Of a DNA stretch of 64,000 bases, positions 43,552-54,485 are shown piece after piece; the first letter of the stretch is position 1, and each line of letters begins with the position of its first letter. Source of the DNA: an uncultured delta proteobacterium (GTDB taxonomy: Bacteria; Desulfobacterota; Desulfuromonadia; Desulfuromonadales; BM103); NCBI GenBank assembly GCA_963715335.1, contig CAVQRZ010000023.1, forward strand, positions 32,001-96,000, given 5' to 3'. The translations under genes were made by a program, and so were the position numbers. Below the pieces are notes generated by a model. That model was not told the DNA's origin. It did not search any database and worked only from the letters and a program-made list of their open reading frames with translations.

Positions 43552-44291
43552 GGTCTCCCCGAACGCAGATGAATCAGAAATTCACGGTTGCCTTTCGGCC
43601 CGAGGAGCGGGCTCTCGCAAAGGCTCACCACCTGGCAGCCGAAATTTTCGGCCAACAGCTTGATTTTCTCTATTACCTGGGCATGTTGTTCGGGATTGCG
43701 TACTACCCCTTGTTTACCGACCTGCCCTTTACCGACTTCGAACTGGGGTTTGATCAGGGCAATGATGTCACTGGCAGGCCGGAGGAGTGAAATAGTGGCC
43801 GGCAGAACCTTCTCAAGGGAAATGAACGAGGCGTCAATCACTGCGAAATCCGGCACATCGTCAAGTTGGTCCGCAGTCAGGTGCCTGATATTGGTGCGTT
43901 CGAGATTGACGACTCGCACATCATCCCGAAGCTTCCAGGCCAGTTGACCATAGCCGACATCAACAGCGAACACCTTCCTGGCACCGCTTTGTAACAGGCA
44001 GTCGGTAAAACCACCTGTCGAGGCCCCGACATCAAGCGCCGTACGACCTGCAGCATTCACCTGAAAAGTCTCCAAGGCCTTCGCAAGCTTTAATCCGCCG
44101 CGCGAAACATAGGGGATATCCTCCCCTTTGAGACGGATGAGAGCCTCGGAATCGACTTGGGTTCCGGCCTTGTCGACAGGCTGGTCATCGACCAGAACAC
44201 GGCCGGCCATGATCAGGGACCTTGCCCGTTCACGCGACCCGGCCAATTGTCGCTGCACCATCAACTTGTCGATTCTTTCCTTGCCAGTCAT
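43548..44291 (-). CDS. tlyA: TlyA rRNA methyltransferase
   Basis: S4 domain, YVSRGGLKL, DVGASTGGFTD, LIKPQFE, GNREF; start ATG 44291. Confidence 0.97.
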   Translation of the reverse strand: MTGKERIDKLMVQRQLAGSRERARSLIMAGRVLVDDQPVDKAGTQVDSEALIRLKGEDIPYVSRGGLKLAKALETFQVNAAGRTALDVGASTGGFTDCLLQSGARKVFAVDVGYGQLAWKLRDDVRVVNLERTNIRHLTADQLDDVPDFAVIDASFISLEKVLPATISLLRPASDIIALIKPQFEVGKGQVGKQGVVRNPEQHAQVIEKIKLLAENFGCQVVSLCESPLLGPKGNREFLIHLRSGRP

Positions 44292-44315
44292 AGCAAAAAC
44301 CGTCAATCAGGCAGT

Positions 44316-44864
44316 CTATAAGGTTGCCAGAAGCCTTTCTTTCGCTGTGGCACCTGCGAAACCCATGCAGTTCTGCAGAAAATCAGCAAAAATCATTGCC
44401 AGCCAATCGAGCTGTTCGACAAGGGCATGACCGGCCGGGACCACGTGCAGCATCGCCCGGTGAGTGCGGGCAAACTCAAGGACCATGTCGAAAGGCACTA
44501 TATCGTCGGACCAGCCGTGAACGATGGACAATTTCCGTGCGTGTGGTTCCGGCATCGACTCCTTGTAACCAGGCATGCCCAGGGCCGGGGCCATCAGGAA
44601 CAAACCGACCGGCTGGATAGCCTGAGAAGCCGTGGTTGCAACGTACCCCCCCATACTCGAACCAACCAGGACAACGGAGCCATCGATAGCCCTGGCTTCA
44701 TCTATCAGCCGGGTCACCCGCAAATCAGGGTCGAGGGTATCGCTGTCATCACGGCTGACGACCCGGTAACCCAGGGTTTCGGCAATTTTGGCCATCACCC
44801 TGATCTTTATTCCCCACGGTCCGCTTTCACGCCCATGAGAAAAGCACACGGTAAAATTCTGCAT
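44316..44864 (-). CDS. Alpha/beta hydrolase (YqiA-like)
   Basis: SHG, GSSMGG, HGWSDDIV, GH. Confidence 0.85.
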   Translation of the reverse strand: MQNFTVCFSHGRESGPWGIKIRVMAKIAETLGYRVVSRDDSDTLDPDLRVTRLIDEARAIDGSVVLVGSSMGGYVATTASQAIQPVGLFLMAPALGMPGYKESMPEPHARKLSIVHGWSDDIVPFDMVLEFARTHRAMLHVVPAGHALVEQLDWLAMIFADFLQNCMGFAGATAKERLLATL

Positions 44865-45008
44865 CCGTTACTCCCGGCAAAAATGATGGCAGACTATACC
44901 ATGATTCAGCATGCAATCCCACAATCAAGGCGAAATATTTATGTCAATTTCAATCACGATTTCCATGGTCGGCCGCAACAGCCAGTTGGTCAACTGGAGG
45001 GCCTGCGT

Positions 45009-45258
45009 CTAACCTGAGGGGTAACGGCAAAGGGCAGAGGACAACGCATTGAGCAGAAGGTCGGCGACCTCAACATCCTCAAAGCACTCATGGGCCATAA
45101 CATGGCGCAATGGCAGGTTGAATAGCCGATCGAGAGAAAAATCAGCCGGTTCTCCGCCTGTGCACGCTGAAAGGCAGATTCAGCCCAGGATGCCAGTCAA
45201 CCGGATTGTCAACGTGTTGTAACAGGTAGGGGCTTTTCTCGGTCTGTAAATGGTTCAT
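45009..45258 (-). pseudogene. Truncated, frameshifted YyaL/DUF255 thioredoxin-domain gene remnant
   Basis: Manual translation across three frames: [24 protein letters not shown] / [26 protein letters not shown] / [17 protein letters not shown]. Confidence 0.85.
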
Positions 45259-45323
45259 ATAATTAAAGTAATTTATTATACATTATAGCATAAATTACTG
45301 TTTTTATTATATTAAATTCGGCA

Positions 45324-45635
45324 TTAGTCCGTATTTAGTGAGCGTCCCGAGCCGCGCCAACGCGACATGTGCCCCTCCAGAAGCTGAAGATTCTTGTAGC
45401 CGCGAAACTTAAGCAGCATCCTTGCCATCTGGGCTCGCGGTCCGTGTTCACAAACGATAACCAGAAGGTCTTCTTTCCTGGTGTTTACGGCTTCCACAGC
45501 TTTGAGCACTCCAGGCAGCGGGGCATGTATCGCCCCGGGAATATGCCCGGATTGGTATTCGAAAGCGCTTCGGACATCGAGAAGAACTGGCGCATCCCCG
45601 CTTTTTAAATGCATTGCAAGCTGTTCAGCTGTCAT
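45324..45635 (-). CDS. Rhodanese-like domain protein
   Basis: LDVRS..EY..GHIPGA, CEHGPRA, LEGH..W. Confidence 0.9.
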   Translation of the reverse strand: MTAEQLAMHLKSGDAPVLLDVRSAFEYQSGHIPGAIHAPLPGVLKAVEAVNTRKEDLLVIVCEHGPRAQMARMLLKFRGYKNLQLLEGHMSRWRGSGRSLNTD

Positions 45636-46482
45636 CTTCACCCTTCTCCATGAAATCTTCAGGTCTCTCCAGGCTGACCCGGCTGATGAGGCCGGCGCGC
45701 AGCTCCCGCAACAGCAGCTCCGAGGCGCGCTGCCGATCAACGTCACCACCGGCAATCAGACAGCCTCGCCGACGTCCGATCTCGTTGACAAGTTCCGAGG
45801 CACTCTCCGGAAGGCCCTGAATCTTGTAGCGAGCGGCCAGCGGTGCCGGGTAATGGTGCATCAGGTAGTCGGCGGCGTACAGGGCCACATCGACATAGTC
45901 CATGGCCGCATCACCAATTGCGCCGCTTGCGGCAAGACGGTAAACACTCTTCTGATTGCGGATATCCGGCCACAGCAGTCCGGGTGTATCGGCCAGATGG
46001 ATACCGTTGCGAAGATCAATCTGTTGGGGACAGGTCGTGATAGCCGGTTTGTCGCCAACCCGGGCCATCTTTCTGCCTGCCAAAGTGTTGATCAGAGTCG
46101 ATTTGCCGACATTGGGAATACCGACCACCATCGCACGCAAGGTCTTCCCCGGTACACCTCGGTTCGGCACCATGCTACGGCACAGGCCCGTAATCTGGCT
46201 CACGGTTGACCGTTTTGACGCCTCAATGGGAAGGGCCTTTACGTCCGCGAACTGATCGAAGTATGCGACCCATGATTTTGTCACGGCAGGGTCTGCAAGA
46301 TCATTCTTGTTCAGAACCTTGATACAGGGCTTATGCCCGCGCAGTTTCTCCAGCAAGGGGTTGGAGCTGGAAACCGGCAGACGCGCATCAAGCACCTCGA
46401 TGACGATATCAATTCTCGGCATGACTTCGGCGATCTGCCTTTTGGCTTTCGCCATATGTCCTGGAAACCACTCTATTGCCAT
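45625..46482 (-). CDS. rbgA: Ribosome biogenesis GTPase RbgA/YlqF
   Basis: WFPGHM, DARLP, NKND, GIPNVGKS, DTPG. Confidence 0.97.
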   Translation of the reverse strand: MAIEWFPGHMAKAKRQIAEVMPRIDIVIEVLDARLPVSSSNPLLEKLRGHKPCIKVLNKNDLADPAVTKSWVAYFDQFADVKALPIEASKRSTVSQITGLCRSMVPNRGVPGKTLRAMVVGIPNVGKSTLINTLAGRKMARVGDKPAITTCPQQIDLRNGIHLADTPGLLWPDIRNQKSVYRLAASGAIGDAAMDYVDVALYAADYLMHHYPAPLAARYKIQGLPESASELVNEIGRRRGCLIAGGDVDRQRASELLLRELRAGLISRVSLERPEDFMEKGEDDS

Positions 46483-46568
46483 AAATCAATACCCTGTCGG
46501 AGAAACGGCACACCGATGTGATGACCTGACCAAGGCCGATGCATTACGAAGTTTTCGGTGTTTTGAGT

Positions 46569-47060
46569 CTAATAGGACTTGCGGAAAACCGTCTTATGAC
46601 ATTTGGGACATGGCGGAATACGCGCGGTCTTTGTCATATGCATCTCGGCTTCGCAATCTTTGCAGGTCAGGGTCCCGGCACTGGTTATTTCCCCGGTTTT
46701 ATACTCCAGGGATTTCTCGGACCGTTCTGCCAGTTCCGTTAAGGTTGTCGCCGCACCGGTCAAGATACGGGAAAAGGCGCTCTGTGCACCGGCCGCAAGG
46801 CGCTGCGGCTCAATGGCCTTTTTAACCGCCTCTGCAGCTTTGGCAGCGTTCTCCTTCAAGTCACGCCTGACGTAATCGCCGAGCCTGTCCGCCTGTTCTC
46901 GTGAGAAATCACCAGCCGAAGCGAGTTCCTCCTTGGCTTTCTTCAGAGCCTCATCGAAGGTTTTCTTCCCTTCTTCAAGGAGATCTGCAGTACGGGAAGC
47001 CAGCTTTTCATAAAGGCCAATCTCTTCGTGTTCATTTTTGTTTTCATTCTGGTCGCTCAT
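46569..47060 (-). CDS. Zinc-ribbon protein (DUF1451-like)
   Basis: YKTGEITSAGTLTCKDC...IPPCPKC; start ATG 47060. Confidence 0.8.
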   Translation of the reverse strand: MSDQNENKNEHEEIGLYEKLASRTADLLEEGKKTFDEALKKAKEELASAGDFSREQADRLGDYVRRDLKENAAKAAEAVKKAIEPQRLAAGAQSAFSRILTGAATTLTELAERSEKSLEYKTGEITSAGTLTCKDCEAEMHMTKTARIPPCPKCHKTVFRKSY

Positions 47061-47284
47061 GAGATCTCTCCTGGGGAATTTATAGATGAATCTTATTGTA
47101 AAGACTACCACAAAAGACACACTTTGGTTATCAACGAAGGCTCATTTTCCTGTACTCTGCCGCAATTTTATACTGGAGCTTGTCGTGCCTGGTGCTATTG
47201 AGATAATTATTTGAAGAAATAACCAGAAGGTGTAAAAATAATGCAGTCTTTATGATTGTTTCTTAACAACCACTGGAGGTGAAT

Positions 47285-47815
47285 ATGCAGAAGAGATATA
47301 TCATGACAGCATTCGGCAAGGACCGCCCGGGGATCGTTGCCGATGTTACGGAAGTCCTTTATGAGAACGGTTGCAACCTAGAGGATACCAGCATGTCAAT
47401 GCTGTCCGACGAATTTACCATTAACCTGTTGTTCTCATCCGGCAACAACGACATCGAATCCATTCTTGAGAAAGAGTGTGCTTCACTTGAACAACAGAAA
47501 GACATCTCGGCTTTCATTCGCCCCGTCAAGTCTATCCAGCAGGAGGCCCTGGAAAAACTTCCCCTTTGCACCATTCATGTTGAAGGCCTGGACCAGGCTG
47601 GTATCGTCTATAAGATCAGCAGGTACCTGTCGGACAATCAACTCAACATCGTTGACCTGAAATCTACAGTAAAAGCCACACCGGAAAGCGGTACGGCGCT
47701 CTACCTGATGGATATCCACATTCAACTGCCGGCAGCCTCCTCAATCCTCTCGGTTAGCGATGCTCTGAACGCCGTTGCCGAAGAGATCAATGTCGACATA
47801 ACGGTCTCTCCCTGA
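47285..47815 (+). CDS. GcvR-like double-ACT-domain protein
   Basis: GKDRPGIV and GLDQAGIV ACT motifs. Confidence 0.9.
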   Translation: MQKRYIMTAFGKDRPGIVADVTEVLYENGCNLEDTSMSMLSDEFTINLLFSSGNNDIESILEKECASLEQQKDISAFIRPVKSIQQEALEKLPLCTIHVEGLDQAGIVYKISRYLSDNQLNIVDLKSTVKATPESGTALYLMDIHIQLPAASSILSVSDALNAVAEEINVDITVSP

Positions 47816-47941
47816 CAGACTGGCCACAGAATGCCAGAGCGCTGCACATGAACGGTGTTGCAAAGGCAGACAAGATGAATTTATTTGCTAGAATGCATAA
47901 ATAAACCAACTGTGATGGACCTGAAGCGGTCAAGGGATGCC

Positions 47942-48310
47942 ATGCACCGGGACCATGTTCTCAATGTTCTGCAACAAACAGAGGAAAAGCGCGTCCGCTT
48001 CCTTAAGGCCTGGAAACACGGCGTCGAATACCTCGGGCCACGGTTTTTTGGTCCGGGTCTGCCTGAAACGGCCAAGAGCAAGGCCGAACTCATACCGCTT
48101 CGGGATATCGTGGAAGCCGAATTCGAGAAAGAGAGTGAGGGGGAAGAAGAATTTCTGGCTGCAATGGTGAGCTTCTACGACCCGGCATGGGGAGAGGAAC
48201 TCGCCGCGCGCATCGAGTGTCACAAATCGCTCAGCGGTCTCACCCTCGACCTCGATCATGAATGTACTGAAATCATTTGCGAACTTCTACTGAACCATGA
48301 AGGCTGGTAG
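47942..48310 (+). CDS. Hypothetical protein (start could be 47915)
   Basis: Open frame with plausible composition; AAGGGA before ATG 47942. Confidence 0.65.
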   Translation: MHRDHVLNVLQQTEEKRVRFLKAWKHGVEYLGPRFFGPGLPETAKSKAELIPLRDIVEAEFEKESEGEEEFLAAMVSFYDPAWGEELAARIECHKSLSGLTLDLDHECTEIICELLLNHEGW

Positions 48311-48609
48311 CCTGCTGGTCGACCTCAAAGTCACATGAAACAGGCAGCGATTTACGCGACTCCATCTCCGCGACAGCGGCAAAAGAGCCGATTACACAAA
48401 AAAGTCGGCTGAACAAAAGAAGTGCTTCTGCAGGGGTGAAATCTGTTGCAACTTGGATATAATTACAACAGCAACGTTGCTGCCAACGTCAACCCCTCAC
48501 AAGGAGGTCTCGCCTATCGAAATAAACCTGATCATTGCGAAGAGATTCAGACCAGCCGGCGTCAAGCGCCGGATTTACCCGTGATTAGGGTCAGAAGATA
48601 GGTAAAAAT

Positions 48610-48638
48610 AAAGGCCTGCGCACAAGTGGCAGGCCTTT
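48610..48638. terminator. Bidirectional terminator-like hairpin
   Basis: aaaggcctgc-gcacaagtg-gcaggccttt. Confidence 0.7.
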
Positions 48639-48663
48639 CACTTCTCCAAAACACTATCGCCCC

Positions 48664-49005
48664 CTACTCTCCCCGTTGCAGATCAAGATCGTCACAGAGG
48701 CCGCGGTACAACTCTTCGCCAGACAAGAATGAGATGATCTCCACGCCCATCCCGCCCTTCATTTTATGGATCATGCTCGCGGGTATTTTTTTAGACCAGC
48801 AAACCTCCCCGAGCAAAGCAATCAGACCGTCAGGATGACAGATTTCAACCCTGATCTTTGATCCTGGTTTCGCGACGACCGCGGAACGGATAAAGAGCCC
48901 CTGGTAATTAATGTCATTCGTAAACCCCAGTTTCTCAGCCTTGTCGAAACCGAATTTCAGCGAGAACCTTTTAGGATGACGTCTTTTGATGCGGTTTTCC
49001 GGCAT
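48664..49005 (-). CDS. PilZ-domain protein
   Basis: KRRHPR-like RxxxR (KRRHPKR), DINYQGLF, GMGVE. Confidence 0.75.
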   Translation of the reverse strand: MPENRIKRRHPKRFSLKFGFDKAEKLGFTNDINYQGLFIRSAVVAKPGSKIRVEICHPDGLIALLGEVCWSKKIPASMIHKMKGGMGVEIISFLSGEELYRGLCDDLDLQRGE

Positions 49006-49026
49006 AAACTCCAGATATCATCCTGA

Positions 49027-49518
49027 TTAATTGGCAGAATATTTTGCACGCCGCTCTTGCAGAATTTTGGCGTGCCGGCTTTCCTCACCCGCCAGCCAGG
49101 AGAATGCTTCCCTGCCGTCGTCCGACTGGGCAAGCTGGCTGGCTTTTTCGAAGTATTCGGCAAATTTTACTTCTGCCTCGATAGCCATGTCGAGTGCCTG
49201 GATGTCGGCATTCTCTGTTTTCAATACCGCTTCCAGACGTTCCGCATCGGGGAAGATCTTGTCATCGGAGAACCGGTTGAGGTATGGCAGGAACTCTTCT
49301 TCGTAATCGGCAAACGAACCGTCCTGGTATTTTGCCTCCAACTGGTTCAAACGTCGGAGATGTTCCACCTCGTCCTGGGCAAGCCAGGTGAAGAGTTCCT
49401 GCAATGCCGGGTCCGTGGCACGCTCGGACATGGTCGAATAAAAGCGATGGCCGTTCTTTTCTACTTCCTTCGCGGCCCTGACGACTTCAAATCCGCTGAA
49501 GTGCTTGATACCACTCAT
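49027..49518 (-). CDS. Ferritin-like / rubrerythrin-family protein
   Basis: E..G..FY, DEVEH, EAE, EESRH diiron motifs; start ATG 49518. Confidence 0.88.
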   Translation of the reverse strand: MSGIKHFSGFEVVRAAKEVEKNGHRFYSTMSERATDPALQELFTWLAQDEVEHLRRLNQLEAKYQDGSFADYEEEFLPYLNRFSDDKIFPDAERLEAVLKTENADIQALDMAIEAEVKFAEYFEKASQLAQSDDGREAFSWLAGEESRHAKILQERRAKYSAN

Positions 49519-49573
49519 AAAAGACATCCTTAATGGAAAGTAAGGGTTGTTGTATACCAGGCCAAAAGACCTG

Positions 49574-51969
49574 TCAATTGCCAAAAAGTTTTTTCAGTGA
49601 ATCCTGCATCGACTTGTTCGTCGGATTGTCGACCGGGTTGGTCTCCTTAGCGGGCTGTTGCTGGTCATCTTGCTGTGCTGCCGGAGCTGGTGAACCGAAC
49701 AATTTATCAAGATGGCGGCCCAATTCCTTGCCAAGCACTTCCGATGCCTGCTTCTGCACCCCTATCGGGTCCAGTCCGAACTTCGGCGCAGCGTAGTTGC
49801 CAGAGACAAGCAACGGAATCTGGCTCCAGCCGTCCTTGTCGGCCAGGTATTTTGCCATATTTCCGCCTGAATCGAGCCGGGCGGCAAGTTGTGGACTCAA
49901 ACGGGTATCCACCGACAGGTTCATGGTGCCGTCCAGGCCGATCGTCCCTCTGGGGAAAAGCTTTAGCTCGTCACTGAGGATACTGCTGTCGATGTTTAAT
50001 TTACCGTCGACGATTTTAATATCGCCCTGAAAATTTTTAAAGCGTATTTCATCCTTATTTGCAAGTTGCAGGAAGGAGGCGAAGCCTTTGACAAGCCCCG
50101 GACTGACTACACGACCGTTGGCGATCTGCATGTTGCCCTGGCCGTTAAGCTGCTTGCTCAGGGATTCCCACTGGGTCCCGCGACCCTTGAGATTGAGATC
50201 GAGGTCCATCGCCCCAAACAGTGCACCGCTGGCCTTGGGAATGAACGCAGTCAACAAGGGGTCTGCCTGGATTGTCTTGACCGCGAGGTCAGCGCTGTAG
50301 GTCAAACCTTTTGTGCCGAGGTTAACCTGCGCCGTGTTGGAAAATGAGCCTCCTGCTATCTTACCGTCCATTTGGCTGATCGTCAGGACATTGTCCTTCA
50401 ATTGGTACCTGGCAACAAAATCATCGATCGCAAGCGTCTTGTAGACGGTCTTGCCGATACTGAGTGTGCCACTGGCCAGAACGGGGATGTCAAAGGGGCC
50501 AAGTTCTTCCCCATTGCCTGTTGCCGGCACTCCACCTTTAGCGGCAGCGACCCCGGCGGCTCCGCCAGCACTCAGCAAAGGATCAAGCAAAAAGCTCTCG
50601 GAAGCAACGTCGGCCTTGACGACTATCGTTTTACCGAAAAGGTTGCTGGCGTTCAGGTCAATACGGGCACGATTCTCGCCCATGCGCATTTCCAGCCCTT
50701 CGGAAACCAGCTTTTCATCAGCAAACCTGAGTAGTCCAAAAATTGCCGGGCGCTGGCCGTTTGCAGCTATCTGGACATTGTCCAGGGTGACAACGGCCTT
50801 GCGGAGCAGCTTGACCGGATTATCCAGGCCTCCTGCCAGTTGTGCATCGACCTTGACCATACCGGAAGGGTCGGTATCCCGGGCTCCGGCGACCAGGCCG
50901 GCAGGCAAGCTTTGCATGGCCTGTCTCAGATCGATGCCTGGCACGTTCAGTTGCATTGCCAGGTCCTGCTGGCCGAAGAGGTTCTTGATTTTTCCGGTCG
51001 CCTCGGCAACCAGCCCATTATAATCGACACGCCCGCGACGCAAATCCAATAGTCCTGATTTCAAGTCAACGGACAGATCATAACCGATTTCGACTCCGGC
51101 ATTTTTCAGGGGCGCGTCGGGCAATGCATCAAGCGTCAGGTCAATACCTGTCATATTGATTGTGCCGGCAGCAGAGACATCTTCAATGCCCCCTGAAATT
51201 TTCGTTTCAAGATTCAGCTTGAGACCATCAAGCTTACCCGGCACAGAATCCTTGAAGTAAGGTGCAAAGGCCATGGCATCAAGGCCCTCAAGCGTAACCT
51301 CAAACACTCCTGAACCATCTAAAAGGCTGACCGTTCCATCCATATCAAGGCTGGCCTGATCGATCTTGCACTTGATTGCAACCGGCACAGAACCGGTCAG
51401 GGTAATGCCTTTTGCGGCGACTTGCAGTTCGCTAACCTGGATGGTGTGCGGAGGTTTATCTTTGACTGTGTTGTCAATAAAGACAAGGTTTCCATCCTCG
51501 ATACTCACTTGCGAAATCAGGAGACTGATCGGCGTTGTGGCCGATTCCCCTTGCTTACGCTCTTTTGTGGTTTTTTTATCAGTTCCGCCGACTATATCAT
51601 CAAAGCTGAATTGGCCATTGCTCATACGAACAACCCGGATCCTGGGAGACTCAACCCTGACCTCGTCGATCACCACCTTCATGGCCAATAGTGGTAAAAG
51701 TTGGTACTTCAGTCGAACCAGTTTCGTGCCGACGAAAACATCCTTACCGTCTTTCTCATAAACCTTGAGGTCGTTCAGTTCGATCCCTGTAAACAGGCTG
51801 ACGCTGATATCACCAAGTTCAACCTTGCGCTGCAATGCGTCCTCGGCAAGCGGTAACACGGTCTGCTTGACACGCTCTGGTGTAATCACAATTTTGGCCA
51901 GCACAACCAGACCAATGACAAGCACCACTACAACTACGGCGACGACGGCAAGTATCTTCGAGAACTCAT
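49574..51969 (-). CDS. AsmA family protein (true start probably ATG 51969 with a 1-base deletion; as read the frame opens near 51928)
   Basis: N-terminal TM anchor, long beta-rich body, C-terminal IPLLVSGNYAAP. Confidence 0.85.
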
Positions 51970-52037
51970 TGTTCCATTATGTACCGTTCAAATAGATCAA
52001 ATCGGCTGGAAAATATTTGATATTGGAAAAATTTTTA

Positions 52038-52525
52038 TCAATGTGATTGGCTCAACGGGTCTTCGATCTGGTTGACCAGCAACACCTCACGCCACTGTTC
52101 TTGGTGACCGGTTGAACGGACAATCGGTTGCCCTTGCGCAGGACATCCATCCCCGACAGGACCGGATGCCTGCGGAGGTCGTCCCGGGTCAGCGGGCATG
52201 GCAGGTGACACAAGTACCGTACGTCCACCACAAACCAGATCGGTTTCGCATCAGAAGCGTTCGGATCAAAATGCTTTTCACGCGGATCCAGGGCAGTCAG
52301 GTCTGGATACCCTTCACGAACAACCTTCGCCAGCCCGACAATTGCCGGCTCCTTGCAGTTGCTGTGATAGAACAGTACGCCGTCACCGGCCCTGATTTGA
52401 TCGCGCAGGAAGTTGCGTGCCTGGTAGTTGCGTACACCATCCCACCGGTCCGTACTCTCCGGGCAGGCTTTCAGATCATCGATAGAGAAACAATCCGGTT
52501 CGGATTTCATCAACCAGTAGTTCAT
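52038..52525 (-). CDS. EVE-domain protein (probable -1 indel near 52101)
   Basis: YWLMKSEP, WDGVRNYQARN, FYHS, RLSVQPV; the shifted frame gives EQWREVL. Confidence 0.93.
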
Positions 52526-52629
52526 TATAACCTCGATGAGCGAGGGTCGAAGCGAGAAGTGTGAAAGTTCATGACTTTATTCCTCCAACCATCCTCACTT
52601 CGCGTCCCGCACTTCATTTTTCGATTTTT

Positions 52630-52643
52630 TTGACCTCTGTCAA
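52630..52643. promoter_or_regulatory. FNR-like (HcpR-type) operator upstream of hcp
   Basis: TTGAC-CTCT-GTCAA. Confidence 0.75.
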
Positions 52644-52814
52644 AGCGCGCTGAAACAAAACCGGATAAGCTCGCGTCAACTTCACTCACATGTGTAAGTA
52701 TATCAAATCACCGAGTTGAAGCTGCGAGATATTTTACATAAACCTGTTAAACTCGTTGTGATTTGAACGCCCGATTCATAGATTGCAACCCAACCGAAGG
52801 AACGGAGGAGAACC

Positions 52815-54437
52815 ATGTCCATGTTTTGCTACCAATGTGAACAAGCTGCCCAAGGCACCGGCTGCACCGCAATCGGCGTCTGCGGCAAGCAACCCGATGT
52901 CGCCGCCCTGCAGGACCTGCTGGTCTACACCCTCAAGGGGATCGCATTCTGGGCCGACAAGGCCCGGACGAAAGGCGCCAGGGACCAGGAAATCGACCGC
53001 TTCATGATCGACGGCCTCTTCACCACAGTTACCAATGTCGACTTCGATCCGGAAGCCGTCTCCAAATTCATTGCCGAGGGCGTCCGCCTGCGCGGCAAGG
53101 CCAAGCAGCTTGCCGGTGCGTTTGACGGCAAAGTTCCCCCGGCCGCACAGGACTGGGCTCTGCCGAAATCAATTGACGAGCAGGTCAAGCTTGGCGAACT
53201 GCATGGCGTGAAGGATTACACCGTCGATCCCGACATCCACTCGGTACGTGAGATCACCATGTACGGGATCAAGGGGTACGCCGCCTATGCCGACCACGCC
53301 AAGATCCTCGGCAAGGAATCCGAAGAGATTTATGCCTACACGCACAAGGCCCTTGCCGCCCAACTCGACGACAGCCTCGACCTGATGGCTAACGTCGGCC
53401 TGGCCATGGAGGCCGGCAAGATCAACTATGTGACCATGGAGCTGCTCAACCAGGCCCATGTCGAGGCTTACGGTCATCCGGTCCCGACTCCGGTCCAGCT
53501 TGGCACCAAGGCCGGCAAGGCGATCCTGGTCTCCGGCCACGACCTGAAATTCCTCGAAGAATTGCTCAAGCAGACCGAGGGCACCGGCATCAACATCTAC
53601 ACCCACGGCGAGATGCTGCCGGCCCACGGCTACCCCGGCCTGAAGAAATATGCCCACCTGGTTGCCAATTTCGGTGGCGCCTGGCAGGACCAGCACAAGG
53701 AATTCGCCGAATTTCCCGGTGCCATCATCTTCAACACCAACTGCATCCAGAAGCCGGCTGAGAGCTACAAGGACCGCCTCTTCACCTGGGGCCTGGTCCA
53801 GTGGCCCGGCGTCAAGCATGTCAACGGCTGGGATTTTTCCGAAGTCATTGCCAAGGCGAAACAATGCGCAGGTTTTACGGACAACCCCGGCCAGGAGATC
53901 CTCACCGGCTTTGGTCACAACGCCATCCTCGGCGTCGCCGACAAGGTCATCGCAGGCGTCAAGGCCGGCGCCATCAAGCACTTCTTCCTGGTTGGCGGCT
54001 GCGACGGTGCCAAGTCTGGTCGTAACTACTACACCGAGTTTGCCGAGCAGGCACCGAAAGACACCGTCATCCTGACCCTGGCCTGCGGCAAGTTCCGCTT
54101 CAACAAGCTCGACCTCGGCGATATCGGCGGCATCCCGCGCCTGCTCGACGTCGGCCAGTGCAACGACGCCTACAGCGCCATCCAGGTCGCTCTGGCTTTG
54201 GCGGACGCCTTCGAGTGCGGTGTCAACGACCTGCCGCTCTCCATGGTCCTGTCCTGGTACGAGCAGAAGGCGGTTGCGATACTTTTGACCCTGCTCCACC
54301 TCGGCATCAAGAACATCAAGCTCGGACCGTCACTGCCGGCGTTCATCACGCCGAACGTGCTCAACTTCTTGGTTGAGAACTTCAATATCGGACCGATCAC
54401 AACTGCAGAACAGGATCTCAAAGAGATTCTCGGTTAA
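52815..54437 (+). CDS. hcp: Hybrid cluster protein (hydroxylamine/NO reductase)
   Basis: MFCYQCEQ...GC...GVCGK, SGHD, THGEMLPAH, GGCDG, GQCND, SWYEQKA. Confidence 0.98.
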   Translation: MSMFCYQCEQAAQGTGCTAIGVCGKQPDVAALQDLLVYTLKGIAFWADKARTKGARDQEIDRFMIDGLFTTVTNVDFDPEAVSKFIAEGVRLRGKAKQLAGAFDGKVPPAAQDWALPKSIDEQVKLGELHGVKDYTVDPDIHSVREITMYGIKGYAAYADHAKILGKESEEIYAYTHKALAAQLDDSLDLMANVGLAMEAGKINYVTMELLNQAHVEAYGHPVPTPVQLGTKAGKAILVSGHDLKFLEELLKQTEGTGINIYTHGEMLPAHGYPGLKKYAHLVANFGGAWQDQHKEFAEFPGAIIFNTNCIQKPAESYKDRLFTWGLVQWPGVKHVNGWDFSEVIAKAKQCAGFTDNPGQEILTGFGHNAILGVADKVIAGVKAGAIKHFFLVGGCDGAKSGRNYYTEFAEQAPKDTVILTLACGKFRFNKLDLGDIGGIPRLLDVGQCNDAYSAIQVALALADAFECGVNDLPLSMVLSWYEQKAVAILLTLLHLGIKNIKLGPSLPAFITPNVLNFLVENFNIGPITTAEQDLKEILG

Positions 54438-54485
54438 GCGTTACAACAGACTGCAGAAAATAAAGGGCGGCCCATAAAGCCGCCC

